A stretch of DNA of 64,000 nt, from the NCBI GenBank assembly GCA_964016885.1, contig OZ024745.1, positions 102,982,001 through 103,046,000 on the forward strand, read 5' to 3'. A program made the position numbers and the translations under genes. The notes under the pieces are model-generated. The model was not told the DNA's origin and made no database searches. It saw only the letters and a list, made by a program, of their open reading frames with translations. Shown here one piece after another: positions 62,038-64,000 of the stretch (position 1 is the first letter of the stretch; each line of letters opens with the position of its first letter). The DNA comes from Eledone cirrhosa (taxonomy: Eukaryota).

Positions 62038-64000
62038 CACTGGTCTGCGATGTTTTCAAGGTCTAACATATAATACATGATTTTAGGCCAGTTTTTTGCT
62101 CTGAATCCAAATATCATGCTCATTTTACTCAATCAGATCAGGTTAATGAAATATTAGCACATTAAAAATATCCTAAATTCCGATCTATTTGTAGGTGAAT
62201 AAAACGCAATATTGAAAATATTAGACTGATTTATCCACAGAAGGCTTACAAAATATTTTGAATAGATAGCAAGAAGAGTATAATGAACTAAGGAAGCTAC
62301 TCATGGATGAATGGTCTCTTCAGGGACTTCCGTTTGTGCTGAGCAGACTGCGCATCCCTCTTTAGGCACCAGCAGTAGTCAGCCAGAAAGTTGACATCCC
62401 ATCGGCCTTGATAGCGTTCCTCCATAACACTGATATCTTGGTGAAAGCGCTCACCATGTTCTTCACTGAAGTCTCCACAATTCTCTGGAAAATAGTCCAG
62501 ATGAGACCGGAGGAAGTGCATTTTCACTGACACGTGCGCACCAAGTTGGCGGAAATTCTCCATTAACTCATCAAACACCTTCTGATACTGGGAACTTCTG
62601 TGGTTGCCAAGGAAGTTTGCAATGACTGACTTAAGGGACAACCAGGCAGAGAGTTCAGCAGGATTCAGTGCATCATCAAAACTAGTATCCTTGATGAGTT
62701 CCCTTATTTGAGGACCATCAAATATACCTGCCTTAATTTTCTCCATGCTTTTTCGTTGAAACTTCTGATGGAAGAAAGCAAATCCTCCACCTTCGCTGTC
62801 CAATGCCTTTACAAAGTTCTTCATGAGACCGAGTTTGATGTGGAGGGTTGGAAGCAATATCTCGCTCGGTTCAACCAGAGGGTGGGACAAAACGTTGTGT
62901 GATCCAGGTTTTAATCCTTGTCTTAATGGCCACTTTTGTCTGACATAATGCTGGTCATCAGCACGGCTATCCCATAAGCACAGAAAGCATGGATACTTTG
63001 TGTAACCACCTTGAAGTCCTAGGATGAGTCCAACAACTTTAAGATCTCCACAGATCAACCATTTATGTTTCTGGTAATTCAGAGCAGACAACAGATGTTC
63101 CATGCTTTTGTGGGATTCTTTCATTTCAACTGAGTGCCCAACAGGGATCGATGAAAACTTGTTTCCGATATTCAGAAGAACTGCTTTGAGACTTCTGTTA
63201 GATGAGTCAATGAAAAGTCTCCATTCCATAGCATCATACTTCAGACCAAGTAATTCAATCAGGTCAGCAATATTGCTACAGTAGACCAGTGAAGATGCTT
63301 CATCAAACATGAAGAATTTTCTAAATTCTCTCTCGCGGTCCCGATACCAATAGAATGTTGTTCCTGGCGCCAGTAGACGTTTCTCTCGAAGACGAGAAAC
63401 CAGTAGCTGGGCAGACTCCTTCGAAAGGTTCAGGTCTCGTGTCAGTTCATTGAGTTCGGCTTGGGTCAAAGGCACCGGTTGGTCGTCCTCTTCTGACCTG
63501 TATTCATCACACTTAGCTGCATCAACCATGTCACTAGATTCGGAATCAGAATTAGATTCCATGGTGACATTTGGCTCAGGAACAGGAAGATTGGGGCCAT
63601 GGGGGACTGGCTTTATAGCAGAAGCAACATGAGGGTATTGAACATGGTGCTTGTTCTTGCGATTGATACCTTTTAGATTTGTCATGCAAAAGTAGCAGTC
63701 GGTAACGTGATCTTTCCCTTCCCTCCACACCATTGGGACACCAAATGGCATACTCTTCCTTTTCTTGTTCCTCCAATCCCGTAAGTTCTCTACACATGTT
63801 TTGCAGCAGATATGGGGAGCGAATAGCTTATCCTGGTCCCCTAGTTTGACTCCAAAGTAAGCGTGATATGCCTTCTTCACAAAATCCGTGATTTTTGCTT
63901 GACAGTCTGGAAGAATCTCATGTCCGCAGATGTAACAGAACCTATTAGGATGGTTTTTACACTTCCGATCTATTTTTCTAGACCTGAAAAGAGAAATAAA
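62038..64000 (-). mobile_element. Chapaev3-like (CMC superfamily) DNA transposon, running past the window edge
   Basis: TTA-CACTGG terminus at 62038 (CAC end, TWA-type site); transposase ORF inside. Confidence 0.8.
62297..63983 (-). CDS. Chapaev3-type DDE transposase, uninterrupted frame
   Basis: Chapa-like finger CKNHPNRFCYICG...DQDK..PH.CC..C...W..H..DCYFC; FIDSS, CGDLK, CFLC, LHIKLG, KMHFL.SH, SEEHGERFHQD; frame open to 64000; splice acceptor-like TTTTCAG at 63990-63984. Confidence 0.88.

Overview
An AT-rich, microsatellite-dense eukaryotic window made almost entirely of transposable elements. The repeat types (RTE LINEs with (GAT)n tails, tRNA-headed SINEs, large TA/CA tracts) suggest an octopus or other coleoid cephalopod; this is inference. 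I found no convincing host exon. Two long uninterrupted ORFs are present: a full-length RTE LINE (44.9-48.1 kb; APE, RT and a PHD-like finger) and a Chapaev3-type DDE transposase (62.3 kb to the window edge). Decayed elements include a near full-length CRE-like retrotransposon with an N-terminal PHD finger, several R4/Dong-like fragments in (TAA)n, Tx1/L1-like 3' ends, Penelope-like (PLE) GIY-YIG remnants, TTAA-flanked MITEs and a candidate solo LTR. The main signal the ORF track misses is about 10 minimal type I hammerhead ribozyme motifs (CUGANGA...GAAA-palindromic stem III-UH) from several families. Several sit in fold-back palindromes that share one geometry (5' ends joined, 3' ends outward) and are often inserted in TA tracts. 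All family names come from recognising motifs by eye, not from database searches.
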